Shown here: positions 40,100 to 53,010 of the stretch, one piece after another
Numbering within the stretch: the stretch's first letter is position 1
Layout: every line of letters begins with the position of its first letter
Source: Malacoraja senta
Lineage: Eukaryota
Direction: 5' to 3'
Length of the DNA stretch: 64,000 bases
Assembly: GCA_038087875.1 (NCBI GenBank)
Contig: JAXLNO010003747.1
Coordinates: forward strand, 186,001-250,000
The notes under the pieces: generated by a model
Told to the model about the DNA's origin: nothing
What the model saw: only the letters and a program-made list of their open reading frames with translations
Database searches by the model: none
Program-made: the position numbers and the translations under genes

Positions 40100-40527
40100 A
40101 CCCATCACTACTGATGGATCTTCCCTGCAGGAGGGGGGGGGTGCAGCATTAGGACCCAACAGAGTCATCACTACTGATGGGTCTTCCCTGTAGGAGGGGG
40201 GGGATGCAGCACTAGGACCCAACAGAGTCATCACTACTGATGGGTCTTCCCTGTAGGAGAAGGGAGAGCATGAGGACCCCACAGAGTCATCACTACTGAT
40301 GGGTCTTCCCTGCAGGAGGGGGGGAGCACTAGAACCCAGCAGAGTCATCGCTACTGATGGATCTTCCCTGCAGGAGGGGGGGGGGGTGCAGCACTAGGAC
40401 CCAACAGAATCATCACTACTGATGGATCTTCCCTGTAGGAGAAGGAGGGGAGAGCACTAGAACCCAGCAGAGTCATCACTACTGATATATCTTCCCTGTA
40501 GGAGGGGGGGAGCACTAGGAGCCAGCA
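40100..40527. repeat. ~60-bp minisatellite inside the hAT element
   Basis: About 7 copies of agagtcatcactactgatgggtcttccctgtaggagggggg...gcactaggacccaac. Confidence 0.92.
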
Positions 40528-40819
40528 ATCAGACCATGTGCTGTCTGCATGGTTTAGGTTGTGGGCCTGGTGCTATGCCTGGAACTCTGGTGAGGTGACG
40601 GCTCTGGCCCGCTGGTGGCCGCTGGAGAGGCGAGGGTCGGCAGAGTCGCTGGTGGAGGCCCGTGGGGAGCTGGAGTAGAGATATGGGCAGCAGCATCATT
40701 GGCTTTCTGAAGACCGTGAAGGTCAGCGACAGTGGCTGCGGTGACCTTGCCCGGGGAGGTGGTGAGAGTCGACAGCCGCGGCTGTTTCAGTGGTCCGGGC
40801 CTGGGTTTGGATCAGTATG

Positions 40820-40925
40820 TGGATGGGTGGGTGTGAGTGAGGGTGTGTGTGTGTGTGTGTGGATGTGTGTGGGTGTATGTAAGTAGGTGAGTGAGTGTGT
40901 GTCTGAGTGTATGTGTGTGTTAGTG
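40820..40925. repeat. Degenerate (TG)n microsatellite
   Basis: gtgtgtgtgt runs. Confidence 0.85.
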
Positions 40926-41959
40926 GGAGGGTGAATTTTATAAATGAAGTTAAAACCATTAGATCTGTTGAACTTGTTAACAGACTATTGACTTGGTAAC
41001 CTGTTTCCAAATGTTTGTGTTGGCTTCAGAATACTATTAACAATTCCAGCAACAGTAGCTTCTGCAGAGGTCATTTAGCAAACTCAAGCTGATTAAGAAT
41101 TATTTAAGGTCGACAATGTCTCATGAACGTCTTGTGGATTTGGCCAGGCTAAGTATTAAAAGTCAGTTTTATTCATCACATACACCAAAAGGTGCAGTGA
41201 TGTGAATTTGCCAGCAGTGATACACGTAAAAAGAACACACAATACACAATAAAATTGAACACAAACATCCACTACAGCATTCTTCACTGTGGTGGAAGGC
41301 AACAAGTTTCAGCAAGTCCTCCTCCTTTGTTCACCCGTGTTCGGGGCCATAACCCCTCCGTAGTCGCAACTAGGGACGGCCCGATGTACAAGGCCCTCTC
41401 GTTGGGATGATCCAAACTCCGATGTTGGGACGGACAAACCTCGGCGACTCGGCACTTTCCTACTGGAGACCGCAGCTGCAGGATGTTATAGGCCGCAGGC
41501 CAGCAGTTCTGCGGTTAAATATAAAAGGATGTTTCAATGTGTATTCTTTCTCCTTATCTGTATTGTAGCATAAACAAAGATGTTCAAAACAAAGGTAGAT
41601 AAAATGCTGGAGAAACTCAACGGGTGAGGCAGCATCTATAGAGTGAAGGAAAACAAATGTGCTTTCTGATCCTTTTATTTTATTTATACTTATTTATATT
41701 TATCATGGCGGGAGTATAGGGACATAAGGCCTCAAATGCAGAAAATGAACAGAGCGCCCCATTCCACCCCTCTCTCATCTTCCATACCCCTTTTTGCCGT
41801 GCAGGCTACAGCTCATGGCATAAAACTGTAGCATAGTGGATAAAAACAGGATGACTATTGGAGAAGGGAAGGGGGCCCAATAGATACTTTGTACCCACTG
41901 ATAAAATTCCTCTGAGGCCCTGCGTATACACGCACAAACAGTGTGTGTTGTGAACCATG

Positions 41960-44562
41960 TCTTCCAAGATGCGCATGTATCGTGAGGCATTTCCCAAGTT
42001 GGGCTTCACAAGCATTGTTCAAAATCCGTGGTCAAGCTGCAATGTGTTCTCTGTGCCAAGGTGTTGAGTCACGAGAGCATGAAGCCCAGCAAATTGAAGA
42101 TCCATTTGGAGTCTTGTCACAGCAACCTGGCGGGGAAGAGCGTGGACTGTTCAAACGAAAAGAAGCCGTACTCAAGGGTTCTCGCATCTATTCAACGGGT
42201 CACTGCACTCATCAAAATGAAGCAGCATTGGAGGCTTCATACCGGATTGCTTATCGAATCACACAGACTAAGAAACCTCAACAGCATCGGTGAAGAGCTT
42301 ATCAAGCCATGCCTTCTCGAAGCAGCAAAGTTGGTGCTGGGGGAAGAGCAGTCAAACAAGTTCAGGCAGATTTCCCTTTTGAATGACACAGTCAAAAGTT
42401 GAATCTCGGAAATGAGTAATGATATTCTGCTGCAAGTAGTGAGGGCTGTGACGAGCAGTCCAGTGTATTCACTGCAACTGGACAAGTCAACAGATGTTGC
42501 CTCATGTTCCCAACTACTAGTCTACATTTGTTACCTCGATGGAGTAGCCATGACGGAGGAGTACCTGTTCTCGGAGCCATTGGCTACTACCACTCGGGGA
42601 GAAGATGTGTTCAGAATGCTGGAAGCCTTCCTCATCAAACATGAGCTTGGCTGGGAACGCCTTGTCGGGATGTGTACAGATGGGGCACCTTCCATGGTCG
42701 GTTGCAGATCCAGTTTCCAAGCCTTCGTGAAGGATGTCGCTCCCCATAGAAACATAGAAACATAGAAACATAGAAAGTAGGTGCGAGAGCAGACCACCAG
42801 GTCCATCGAGCCCGCACCGCCATTCGCTCATGGCTGAACACCAAACAAACACCTCTACCCACAAACAGTAGACACAAGACACAGAACACAAGACACTACC
42901 CTCCCCTTTATAGCGCTATCACCCCTCTCCACCCCAAGAACCGAGTGATCTCCTGGGGGAGGCAAAAAAACGGATAAAAACCCAGGTCCAATTCGGGAAA
43001 AAAATCCGGGAAATTCCTCTCTGACCCCAATCCAGGCGATCGACACTTGTCCAGGAGATCACTCAGGTCTTACTATACTAACCCTACCTAGGTCCATATC
43101 CCTGCCCTCTCCCCGTAGCCCCTTATCCCCTTGGCAGCTAAAAAACCATCTATTTTAGACTTAAATATATTTAATGTTTCTGCTTCCACTGCTCCCTGGG
43201 GCAGTGAATTCCATAAATTAACCACCCTCTGGGTGAAGAAGTTCTTCCTCATCTCAGTTTTAAAAGAGCCCCCCCTTATTCTGCAACTATGTCCCCTAGT
43301 TCTAGTTTCCCCGATCATTGGGAACATCCTCGGTGCATCCACCCGATCAAGGCCCCTCACGATCTTATATGTTTCAATGAGATCGCCTCTCATTCTTCTA
43401 AACTCCAAAGAGTAGAGTTCCAGCCTACTTAACCTTTCCTCATATGTCAATCCCCTCATTGCAGGAATTAATCTTGTAAACCTTCGCTGCACTGCCTCCA
43501 GGGCCAGTACATCTTTTCTTAAGTATGGACCCCAGAACTGTACACAGTATTCCAAATGTGGTCTCACTAATACTGTGTACAGTACCATGTCTCCTTCACC
43601 CACTGCATGATACATCGCCATGCTTTAGCAATGAAGACTCTCCCTCTTGGTCTTCGAGAAGTGCTTTCAGATGTGGTGAAGATTGTGAACCACATCCGAG
43701 AGCGCAACAAACTCAAGAATCTTCAAGCGATGTGTGAAGAAATGGGCGCCGATTTCACTATTCTGTTATTCCACACAGAAGTGAGCTGGCTTTTGCGTGG
43801 TAAAGTTCTCAACCATGTGATTCAACGTTGAGAGGAAATAGCGCTGTTCTTGGAGAGAAGGTGTACTGAGAAGGAGAATCAGCTTCATGAAAAGATGCAG
43901 GTTGAACTGTTCGTGATGAAGGTTGCTTACTTGGCTGACTTCTTCGCCGAGGTGAATTCCTTGAACCTGTCACTTCAAGGAAACCTCCCAATGGCAATGT
44001 GGCAGCATTCAGGAGGAACCTTTACCAGAGAAGAGTCCAGGACGGTGACTCGACTATCTTCCCTGAAATGACAACTCTCCTGGATGCTATGCCTGATGCT
44101 GAATGCCACTTCCACGAGGAGATCTCAACCCACCTTCTGGCAATTAGTGAAGCCATCGAACGTTATTTCCCCAGACTGGACGACTGCTCTCATGATGAGT
44201 GGATCATCCGACCCTTTTCCGTTGAAGACGGTGGCATCAGTGATACTGACGTGACTGCGAAGGTTGAATTTTACCGAATTCGTGGAGATGCGCAACTCAA
44301 GAGTGACTTCATGGAACAAGGGCTCGCCACGTTTTGGCTGGAAGTGAAGGACTGTCCTGTTCTTTCGAAGAGGGCCTTGACCCTATTGGTCCAGTCCCCC
44401 TCAACCTCTCACTGTGAGGGTGGATTTTCAACTATGGTAACTCTGAAAACGAAGGTACGCAATAGGCTTGTGATCGACACTGACATGAGATGCTGCCTGT
44501 CGAGCATTCGTCCATGTTTTGATTGCCTGATGACTGCGAAGCAATTTCAGCCATCCCATTGA
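41960..44562 (+). pseudogene. Buster/ZBED5-like hAT transposase, frameshifted and interrupted by a CR1
   Basis: BED finger (QCVLCAKVLSHESMKPSKLKIHLESCH), LDKSTD, CTDGA, HCMIHRHALA, and CEGGFS...KTKVRNRL dimerisation end. It is split over several ORFs. Confidence 0.9.
42746..43581 (-). mobile_element. 5'-truncated CR1 LINE inserted in the hAT transposase
   Basis: RT C-terminus [19 protein letters not shown]...[10 protein letters not shown] and an (ATGTTTCT)n tail at about 42746-42775. Confidence 0.9.
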
Positions 44563-45584
44563 CTGAGCATTGGCTGACATGTTTTAATAAATCGGGCTGT
44601 TTTTTTTCAAATTTTGTTTCAGAGGTCACGGTACTGATCAAGAATGCTCGATGGGGTCGTGGGGCCAAAAAGGTTAAGAACCACTGCTCTAAAGCTTAAA
44701 ACTAAACGGGCTAATAAAGGCTACAAAGTGGCTTTAGTGAGTCGGATTACAGAAAATCCCACATCTTTTTCAAGGTTTCATGGTTAGTTTATTGTCACAT
44801 ATACCAATTAAGGTACATTGAAATGCAGACTACCATACACCATACAAAAAAAAAGCAACAAGACACACAATAACGTAAAAGTTAACATAAACATCCACAA
44901 CAGAGGAGCCCGCACGTTCCTCACTGTGATAGAAGGCAATAAAGTCTAATCTCCTTCCTCTTTATCTCCCACGGTCTGGGCAGTCAAACAATCTGCAGTC
45001 GGTGGTCGAAACCCCCGTTGGGGAATCGAAACTCCCACATCGGAGCGGTCGAAACTCCTGCGGCTTGGAGGTCCCGGATGTCGGTCTCGACCGAGGACCG
45101 CAGGCTCCGCGATGTTAAAGTCTTGCAGGCTCTCACAGTTGGAGCTCTAAAGTCGATCCCCGACAGGGATTGCGAGCTCCATGATGGTAAGTCCACAGGC
45201 TCCTGCGATGGATCTCCTGGTCGATCTCCAGCAAAGGCCGCCATTCCTCAATGTTAGGCCGCATTGTGGACGGAGATACGATACAGAAAATATCGCATCA
45301 ACGTCGAGGTAAGAGATTAGGAAAAGTTTCCCACAACTCCCCCACCCCCCCCCCCCGCCCAAAAAACAAGCTTAAGAACACTGAAGAATATACATTTAAC
45401 ACGTACAAAATGGACACAAAGAAGGAAGGGACAGACATACTGTTGGCGAGGCAACCATTGCAGCAAAAGGTGGATTGCTTAAGGATATAGAAGGGAATAT
45501 GTGCTTGGAGTTTGTGGATATAGGCGAGGTTTGGTTTCACCAAGGAAGACATGTAGAATAGTAAGGACCATTAATAGTAAGTAC

Positions 45585-46385
45585 ATCATAAAATCCTCCA
45601 ACATTTTTGCCACCTCCAACGGGATCCCACTACTGGTCACATCTTCCCATCTCCACCCCTTTCTGCTTTCCGCAGAGACCGTTCCCTCCGAAACTCCCTG
45701 GTCAACTCGTCCCTTCACACCCAAACCACCCGCTCCCCGGATACTTTCCCCTGCAACCGCAGGAGATGCAACACCTGCCCCTTTACGTCCCCCCTCGACT
45801 CTGTCCAAGGACCTAAAGTCATTCCAGGTGAGGCAGAAGTTCACTTGCACCTCTTCCAACCTCATCTACTGTATCCGCTGTTTCAGTTGTCAACTTCTCT
45901 ACATCAGTGAGACCAAGCGCAGGCTCGGCGATCGTTTTGCTGAACACTTCCCCTCAGTCCGTCTTACCCTACCCGATCTCCCGGTGGCTCAGCACTTCAA
46001 CTCCCCCTCCCATTCCCAATCTGACCTTTCTGTCCTGGGCCTCCTCCATTGTCAGAGTGAGGCCCAGCCCAAATTGGAGGAACAGCACCTCATATTTCGC
46101 TTGGGTAGTCTATACTCCAGCAGTATGAACATTGACTTCTCTAACTTTCGATAGCCCTTGATTTCTCTCTCCATCCCCTCCCCCTTCCCAATTCTGCCAC
46201 CAGTCTTACTGTCTCCGCCGACATTCTATCTTTGTCCCTCCCCTGACATCAGTCTGAAGAAGGGTCTCGACCCAAAACGATGCCCATTCCTTCTCTCCAG
46301 GGAAGCTGCCTGACCCGCTGAGTTACACCAGCATTTAGTGTCTCTACGATTTTAACATCTGCAGCATCTGCAGTTCTTTCTTACA
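45585..46385 (+). mobile_element. Penelope-like 3' fragment
   Basis: QKFTCTSSNLIYCIRCFSCQLLYISETKRRLGDRF plus pLTR. Confidence 0.88.
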
Positions 46386-46419
46386 CGTGGAGAATGCTAA
46401 CATGCAGGGACACTTTGAA

Positions 46420-46965
46420 GTTAAGCAAGAAGAAGATGTTGGATCACTTGAAGAGAAATGTGGATAAATCCCCAGGACAGAGGGGTGTAGTGGATGATAA
46501 TAATAATCGTTGAAAACATTAGTGCCGTGCTGGTTTCCGACGGGCACGGTGACGGACGCACCACACATCTCTGTCCTCCATGCAACTGGCAAGCTCCTCT
46601 TTTGTCTCTACACATGCGTCTTCCATCAACGTCTTCAGCATCATCTTGATTGGCCGTCCTGGGTCTAGTCTTCCATGGGTGGGTTCCCACAGCACAACCT
46701 TGTTTGCTGGCATTTCTGGGTGGCGGAGCCAGTGACCTGCGAGCCTCATCCTTCTCAACGTGATCTTCTCGGTCAGAGGTGGATTCTCCCCATAGAGCTG
46801 GGCGTTGGTGATGTGGTCCCCCCATCTGACATTTTGAACTTTTCCGAGCATTCGGGTGTAGGTACCATCGAGAGACTAGGACAGTGCTGGAGTGAGAGTC
46901 CATGCCTCACACCCGTACAATAATATGGTCTCTACAGTTGTACGGAAGGCCAAATATTCAGGCTG
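46420..46965 (-). mobile_element. RTE-clade LINE 3' fragment
   Basis: NVRWGDHITNAQLY...RRMRLAGHWLRH...LWEPTHG...GRP. Confidence 0.75.
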
Positions 46966-47109
46966 TAGTTCAGTGACAAGTAGAGTTCTGCAGGGATCTG
47001 TGCTGTGACCCTTGCTACTTGTGACATATATAAATGACTTGGACCCTGGTGTTCAGAAATTACCCAGTCATAACAATTAATGAAATAATGATTTTTATTT
47101 TTATTTCAG

Positions 47110-47385
47110 ATTATCACTACGTTCAAGGACAGTTTGGTTGTGAGGTGGACGATCACAGTCCCACTGTAGGGATATTGAAGTTGGCTTTTGATGGAAGATA
47201 TGCATTTAGTTTTGATAAGGACAAACTAAAGTGGACGGTGCATGATCCAATAGCTGAGCCCTTCAAAGAGAAATGGGACAAGAATGAAAAAATGAACCGT
47301 TATTTCAAGAGCTTGTTAGAACATGACTGTGTGGATCTATGGCTTACATACTATGCAATTGGAAAGACATTCCTGACCAGAAAAG
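47110..47385 (+). CDS. MHC class I-like alpha2 exon (92 codons, phase 1/phase 1)
   Basis: Acceptor ttttatttcag| and donor G|GTGAGT. Length 276 nt is the canonical alpha2 size. Translation YHYVQGQFGCEV...AFDGR...KWTV...FKEKW...LLEHDCVDLWLTYYAIGKTFLTRK has H93, Q96, C101, D119, W133, K146, W147, C164 and Y171 (HLA numbering, aligned by eye). Confidence 0.94.
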
Positions 47386-48029
47386 GTGAGTTCAGAACAA
47401 AGGATGTTGTTTTGCAATGGTAGGCAATGAGTAATATTATCTCTGACCCAATCATGACAGAGGGAAAGGTCATTCGGCCCATTGATTCTATGCTAGTCTT
47501 CTACGCAATGTCGACAAACTGTTCCACAGCTCTCTCTCACAACTTGCACTCAGCTCCCTTGGATTCTCCTTGCATTCAGCTCCACGACGGATAATTTGCA
47601 ATGTCCAACTAACTCACTGGCACGTCTTTGGTATATTGGACAAATCTGGAGCACATGGAGGAAGCCAACTGAGTCATAAGTGATGGCTGCAGCATTAGAA
47701 CATTCGGCCCATCAAGTCGACTTCGCCAGTCAATCATGGCTGATCTATCTCTCCCTCCTAACCCCATTCTCCTGCCTTCTCCCCATAACCCCTGACCTGC
47801 ATACTAATCAAGAATTAAAAATATCCATTGACGGACTCCACAGCCTTCTGTGGCAAATAATTCCACAGAATCACCATCCTCTGACAAAATAAATTCCTCC
47901 TCATCTCTTTCCTAAAGGAATGTCCTTTAATATTGAGACTATGACCTCTCGTCGTAGACTCTCCCACCATTGGAGACATCCTCTCCACATCCACATCTAT
48001 CCAAGCCTTTCACTATTTGTTTAAAAAAA

Positions 48030-49390
48030 TATATATATTTTTATTAGAAGCATGTGCATATCATAATACAAACATTTCTTATATATCAATCCTACTTTGC
48101 TAATAGGTGGGAATCCAGCTATCAAAATAATAGTGGTCCTCCTTTATCAATTGTATATTAAATCTGCTTCTATTTAGTTTTGTTTTATAGATAGAAAGTG
48201 AGAAATTTAAAAAAAGGCATGATAAAGAAGAATGGAATAATTTACCAATAATACAACTTTGGAGATAGGTCCGTAGGTTATAAAGCATAACTATTCATCT
48301 AATCCTGAGCTTGGATTTCAGTCAGATTCCCATGCTGAACCAACTTTTCCTTTCAAAAAATCAATAAATAGAGACCTTATTCTATTAAATAATTCAAGTT
48401 TGTCAATTAAGACAAGTCTAGTTCTTTCCAAATGTAAGGTCTCTGACATTTCCATAATCCACATTTTGATTGTGGGGGTTATAGGACCTTTCCAAAATTT
48501 TAATATTAATTTTTTCCCAATTATTATACTATAATCAAGAAAGTTTCTTTGGTTTATTGTAAGTCTTAGGCTTTGTTCTGACATTCCTAATATTATTAGT
48601 TTTGAGTCGGGATCCAATTGGGTATTGACTACTTCAGAAATTATTCTGAAAATGTCCTTCCAGAAATTTTTGATTTTTATACAATTTACAAAGGTATGAG
48701 TTAAGTTAGCCTCTAAATGCTGGCATTTATCACAAATAGGAGAGATATGTGGGAAGATTCTATTTAATTTTGTTTAAGAATAATGTAATCTATGTAATAC
48801 TTTAAATTGTATTAAGGCATGTCTGGCATTTAACGAGCATTGATGTATATATTGTAGACTTTCGTCCCAAATATCTTTCGTTATGGGTTGGCCTAATTCA
48901 TTTTCCCATGTGTGTCTATATAAATCCGTCGGCGAGACCTCACTATCTAAGAGGGTATTATAAATATGAGATATTAAATTTTCTGTATTAGGATGTTTAT
49001 TCAAACATTCATCAAGGATTTCTGGTTCCCTAGTTCTGTAATCTTGTGTATTTGATTTAATGTAATCTTTAAGTTGTAAATATCTGAAAAAGTTATTTGA
49101 GTGTAGTCCGTAAATCTGTTGTAACTCCTGAAATGAAAGAAAAGTGCCTTTCCTATAAAGATGACCAATCTTTTTAATTCCATAATTTTTCCATTGTGTA
49201 AAGCCTTTATCCAACATGGAGGGTTTGAATAAAGGGTTGTTTATAATGGGGAGAGAGTGATAAATTATCCAATTTTAAAGTCTTTTTTAATTGTTTCCAA
49301 ATTCGTATACCACTATATATTATAGGATTTTCACTATAGCTTTTTTAATGCAATTTTGTGGGAGAAAACATAATCAAACCAATTTCAAAA
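48030..49390 (-). mobile_element. L1/Tx1-like LINE 3' fragment
   Basis: ORFs WKNYGIKKIGHLY...HALIQFKVLHRLHYS and IIIGKKLILKFWK. Confidence 0.85.
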
Positions 49391-49974
49391 GGCAAACAGA
49401 CTTTCACTATTTTGTATGATTCAATGAGGTCCCCCCTTTATTCTTCTAAACTCCAGCAAGTACAGGCCCACTGCCATCAAATGGTCATCATATGTTAACC
49501 CATTCATTCCTGGGATCATTCTTGTACACCTCCTCTGGACCCTCTCTAGAGCCAGCACATCCTTCCTCAGATATGGTGCCCAAAATTGCTCACAATGCTC
49601 CAAATGTGGTTTGACTGGCGCCTTATAGAACCTCAGCATTACATCCCTGTTTGACAGGGAGAAAGTGTAATTGATGTCTTTCATAGTAGTTAACCATGGA
49701 TTTTATTGACCACAGTTGACAGCCCCTAATGGGATTGCATGTCTATCACACATTTCAAAAGAGCACAGCGTTAAGCTTCGAAGGGCAAAATTTACACGAG
49801 ATGTGCAGGTCAAGTGTTTTTTTGCACAGAGAGAGCTTGATGCCTAGAATGCGCTACCAGGAGTGGTGGTAGAGGAGGACATGATAATGGTGCTTAAGAA
49901 GGTTTTGGACAGGCTCGTGGGTATGCAGGGAATACAAGGATATGGATCACATGCAGGCAGTGGAGATTAGTTTT

Positions 49975-50265
49975 GGTTTAGTTTAGAGATAGAGTATGGA
50001 AACAGGAACTTTGGGCCACTGAGTCCACACGGACCAGCAATTGTCCATTCACTATTTCTGTCCTTCAAGCTAGGGACAATTTACAGAAGCAAATTAACCT
50101 ACAAACCTGCACGTCTTTTGTATTTGGGAGGAAACCGGAGCCCCCAGAGAAAACCCACAGGGTGACAGAGAGAACGTACAAACTCCATCCAGACAGCACT
50201 CTAGTCAGGATCGAACCCGGGTCTCTAATGCTGTAAGACAGCCACTCTATCACAGTGCCGCTGTG
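49975..50265 (-). mobile_element. V-SINE
   Basis: Consensus match by eye. Confidence 0.8.
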
Positions 50266-50284
50266 TTGCCTTAGTTTAACTTGG

Positions 50285-51240
50285 TATCCTGTTGCTCTTA
50301 CTTCAACTGTTGCTCTTACTTCAACTGTGATGAAGTGTTTTGAGAGGCTGGTCCTGGCCCACATTAAATCCTCACTCCCATCCACCCTGGATCAGCATCA
50401 GTTTGCATACAGAGCTAACAGGTCAACAGAGGACGCCATCAACATAGCTCTACATTCTGCACTGACTCACCTGGAGCGCCCCAGCTCATATGTGAGGATG
50501 TTGTTTGTAGATTTTAGTTCTGCATTCAATACCATCATCCCCAGCAGAATGGTGGACAAACTGGGTGTAAATGCCAACACATGCAGATAGATCAAGGACT
50601 TATTAACAGATCGCCCACCGACTGTCAGGATGGGGTCCAATCACTCCCCAGTCCTGACGCTCAGCACAGGAGCACCACAAGGTTGTGTGCTGAGTCCTAT
50701 TCTCTAAACAATATACACCCATGACTGCACACCAACACACAGCACAAACCGGATCATTAAGTTTGCAGATGACACGACTGTGGTGGGGCTGATAAATAAC
50801 AACGACGAGTCTGCCTACAGAGATGAAGTCCAAAAACTGACTGTCTGGTGCATTAACAATAACCTGGTACTCAACTCAACCAAAACAAAAGAACTGGTTA
50901 TTGACTGCAGGAGGAGGAGAGAGGAACCTGCTCCTCTCTAGATCAAAGGAGACATGGTGGAGAGAGTCACTGGCTTTAAGTTCCTGGGTACATACATCTC
51001 CCAGGACCTCACATGGACAGTGAACACCATCACTCTTGTAAAGAAGTCACAGCAGCGGCTATATTTCCTGAGGTCTTGCTGGTAATATGAGAGTTAATGT
51101 GTTTTTGTACTTTTAAATCTTTTTATCCTGTCTTTTATTGTATACAACTGAAGGAGATGCACTGAAATTTCGTTGTACAGTTGCTGTGCAATGACAATAA
51201 AACGTATTGTATTCGATTCTGCTGATTTGCATTTGTTGTT
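50285..51240 (+). mobile_element. L2/Rex-Babar-like LINE RT fragment
   Basis: VALTSTVMKCFERLV...QFAYRANRSTEDAI...FVDFSSAFNTI, GAPQGCVLSP and KFADDTTVVG. Confidence 0.88.
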
Positions 51241-52996
51241 GTATTTATAGGTGTATCTATCATTGCCATTTCCTGCTTGCTGTGTAAACTTCATCTGAAT
51301 AAGGAAATGAATTGCAACCTATATATATATAACCATTAACTAATCTGAATTTGACTAATTTATTATTTTGACATAAAATGGCATAACCTCTGTACTCTCT
51401 TACACAACTAGATATCTTTTAACTGTATCATTAAGTCTGGCGCTGATCCCAGCAATCACTTGAAAGAGATTGTGGCCATCTTTAAGGGTGCAGCCCCTTT
51501 CAAGATGTTCTTTGGGAAAGAGACTTTTAAAATTGGTTTCTTTTTTTTTTCCATTCCAATGAAGAGTCCTTGACCTGAAAAGTCAATTTTGTCTCACTCT
51601 CTGATCACCTTAAACTTTCTTTGGTTTAAAGAGATTCAGCATAATATACTGAGAAAGCACCTTGACTGATGGCGTAATTGTATTGTGTGGCAATTCCAAC
51701 ACAGGAGGCTGCAGAGGGTGGTGACCTCATCCCGATCTATCAGTGGAACAACACATCTCACCATAGAAAGTATCTATATGAATCATCTCAAGTATGTGCC
51801 ATCTGTCATCGTCCATGTCCACTTCTTACTGCTTCCGACAGGCTGAAGGCTCACACAACCAGCTTCAAACCAGCTACTTTCCCACAACTTTCAGGTGTTT
51901 GAACCAACCTGCATAACCCTAATCCTGACTTGGCAACGGAACATTTCGGACCACTTCTTGCACCACCATTAATTCGTTTTTCTCATTGTGAACACTGATG
52001 TCCTGCTTTTCATATATTTTTTATTATTGTTCTTGCCTTTCACCTCTTGAGGAGGAAGTCAGAAATGTTCTCATAGAAGTTCAAGACACAGTTTTACTCC
52101 GTGCTGTTCATGATGTCAATGGCCAAACAAAATAACTTTTACTGAATACTTTAATTTTTATAAAAATAAGTGCAAAGTTTATTTCGTCTGATGAAGGGTC
52201 TGATGACTTGTTGCACACGGAACAGGAGTGCGTGTAGAATGAATGGGTGTGGCATTAGATAAGGAGGACAGCGAAACTGGGAGGAGACGACTTCTCAATC
52301 AATGTTTGAAGCATTCATTCGTGCTAAATGTGACCAGGTAATATCAACAGCAATCTGTCTCCTGCAGATAATGTCAAAGCTTCTCGACATCAATGAAAAG
52401 AAAATAATTGCAAATCGCAGGTAATTCAACGCCGTCGCGAACTCGTTTATGTTATTATGTTTTAGAATCAAATAAACTGTTGGTGCCTGAGAAAATTGCC
52501 TCGCGATAAAAGCAGATACAAGGAACCACAGATGCTGGTTGACAAAGAAAAAGACACGAAGTGCTGGAGTAACTCAGCGGGTCAGGCAGGCAGCATCTCT
52601 GGAGAACTTGGATAGGCGATGAATCTGGTCGGGACCCTTCTACAGACTGAGTGTGGCGTGGAGGTTTTTTTTTAGGGGTAGATATTAGTATCTTTGGTAG
52701 ATATTGGTGCCCCTAGAAACGGTATATCCGACCAACCATCACCACAACCTCTCCAACCACCACAATCAGTGTGAAGAAGGGACTCGACGACAAACTCCAT
52801 CTTATCGATGTTCTCCAGAGATGCCGCCAGATAACTTTGAACTCTCGGACGTAAACTGTTCGATGGAGGGCTGATTCATAGAACTATTATTTCATGTGTT
52901 TCCGACAAATATATTTAAAGCACGGGGCAGATCATAGATTGACTTTCACGATGAATGGCGTAACGCGAAATCAATATCACAGGTTGATCAATAAAT

Positions 52997-53010
52997 CCAA
53001 TGACGGGCGG
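52997..53010 (+). promoter_or_regulatory. Candidate NXPE promoter elements: CCAAT box followed by a GC box (GGGCGG)
   Basis: ccaatgacgggcgg in a CpG-enriched unique stretch about 350 bp upstream of the NXPE ATG. Motif match only. Confidence 0.35.

Larger units (their letters stand above)
39699..44686 (+). mobile_element. hAT (Buster/Charlie-type) DNA transposon, full length but disrupted
   Basis: 16-bp TIRs cagtggttcttaacct (39699-39714) and aggttaagaaccactg (44671-44686). 8-bp TSD ctccaaag/ctctaaag. Confidence 0.93.

Noticed and set aside
39995-40348. 117-aa repetitive ORF
   Set aside because: Product of the 60-bp minisatellite.
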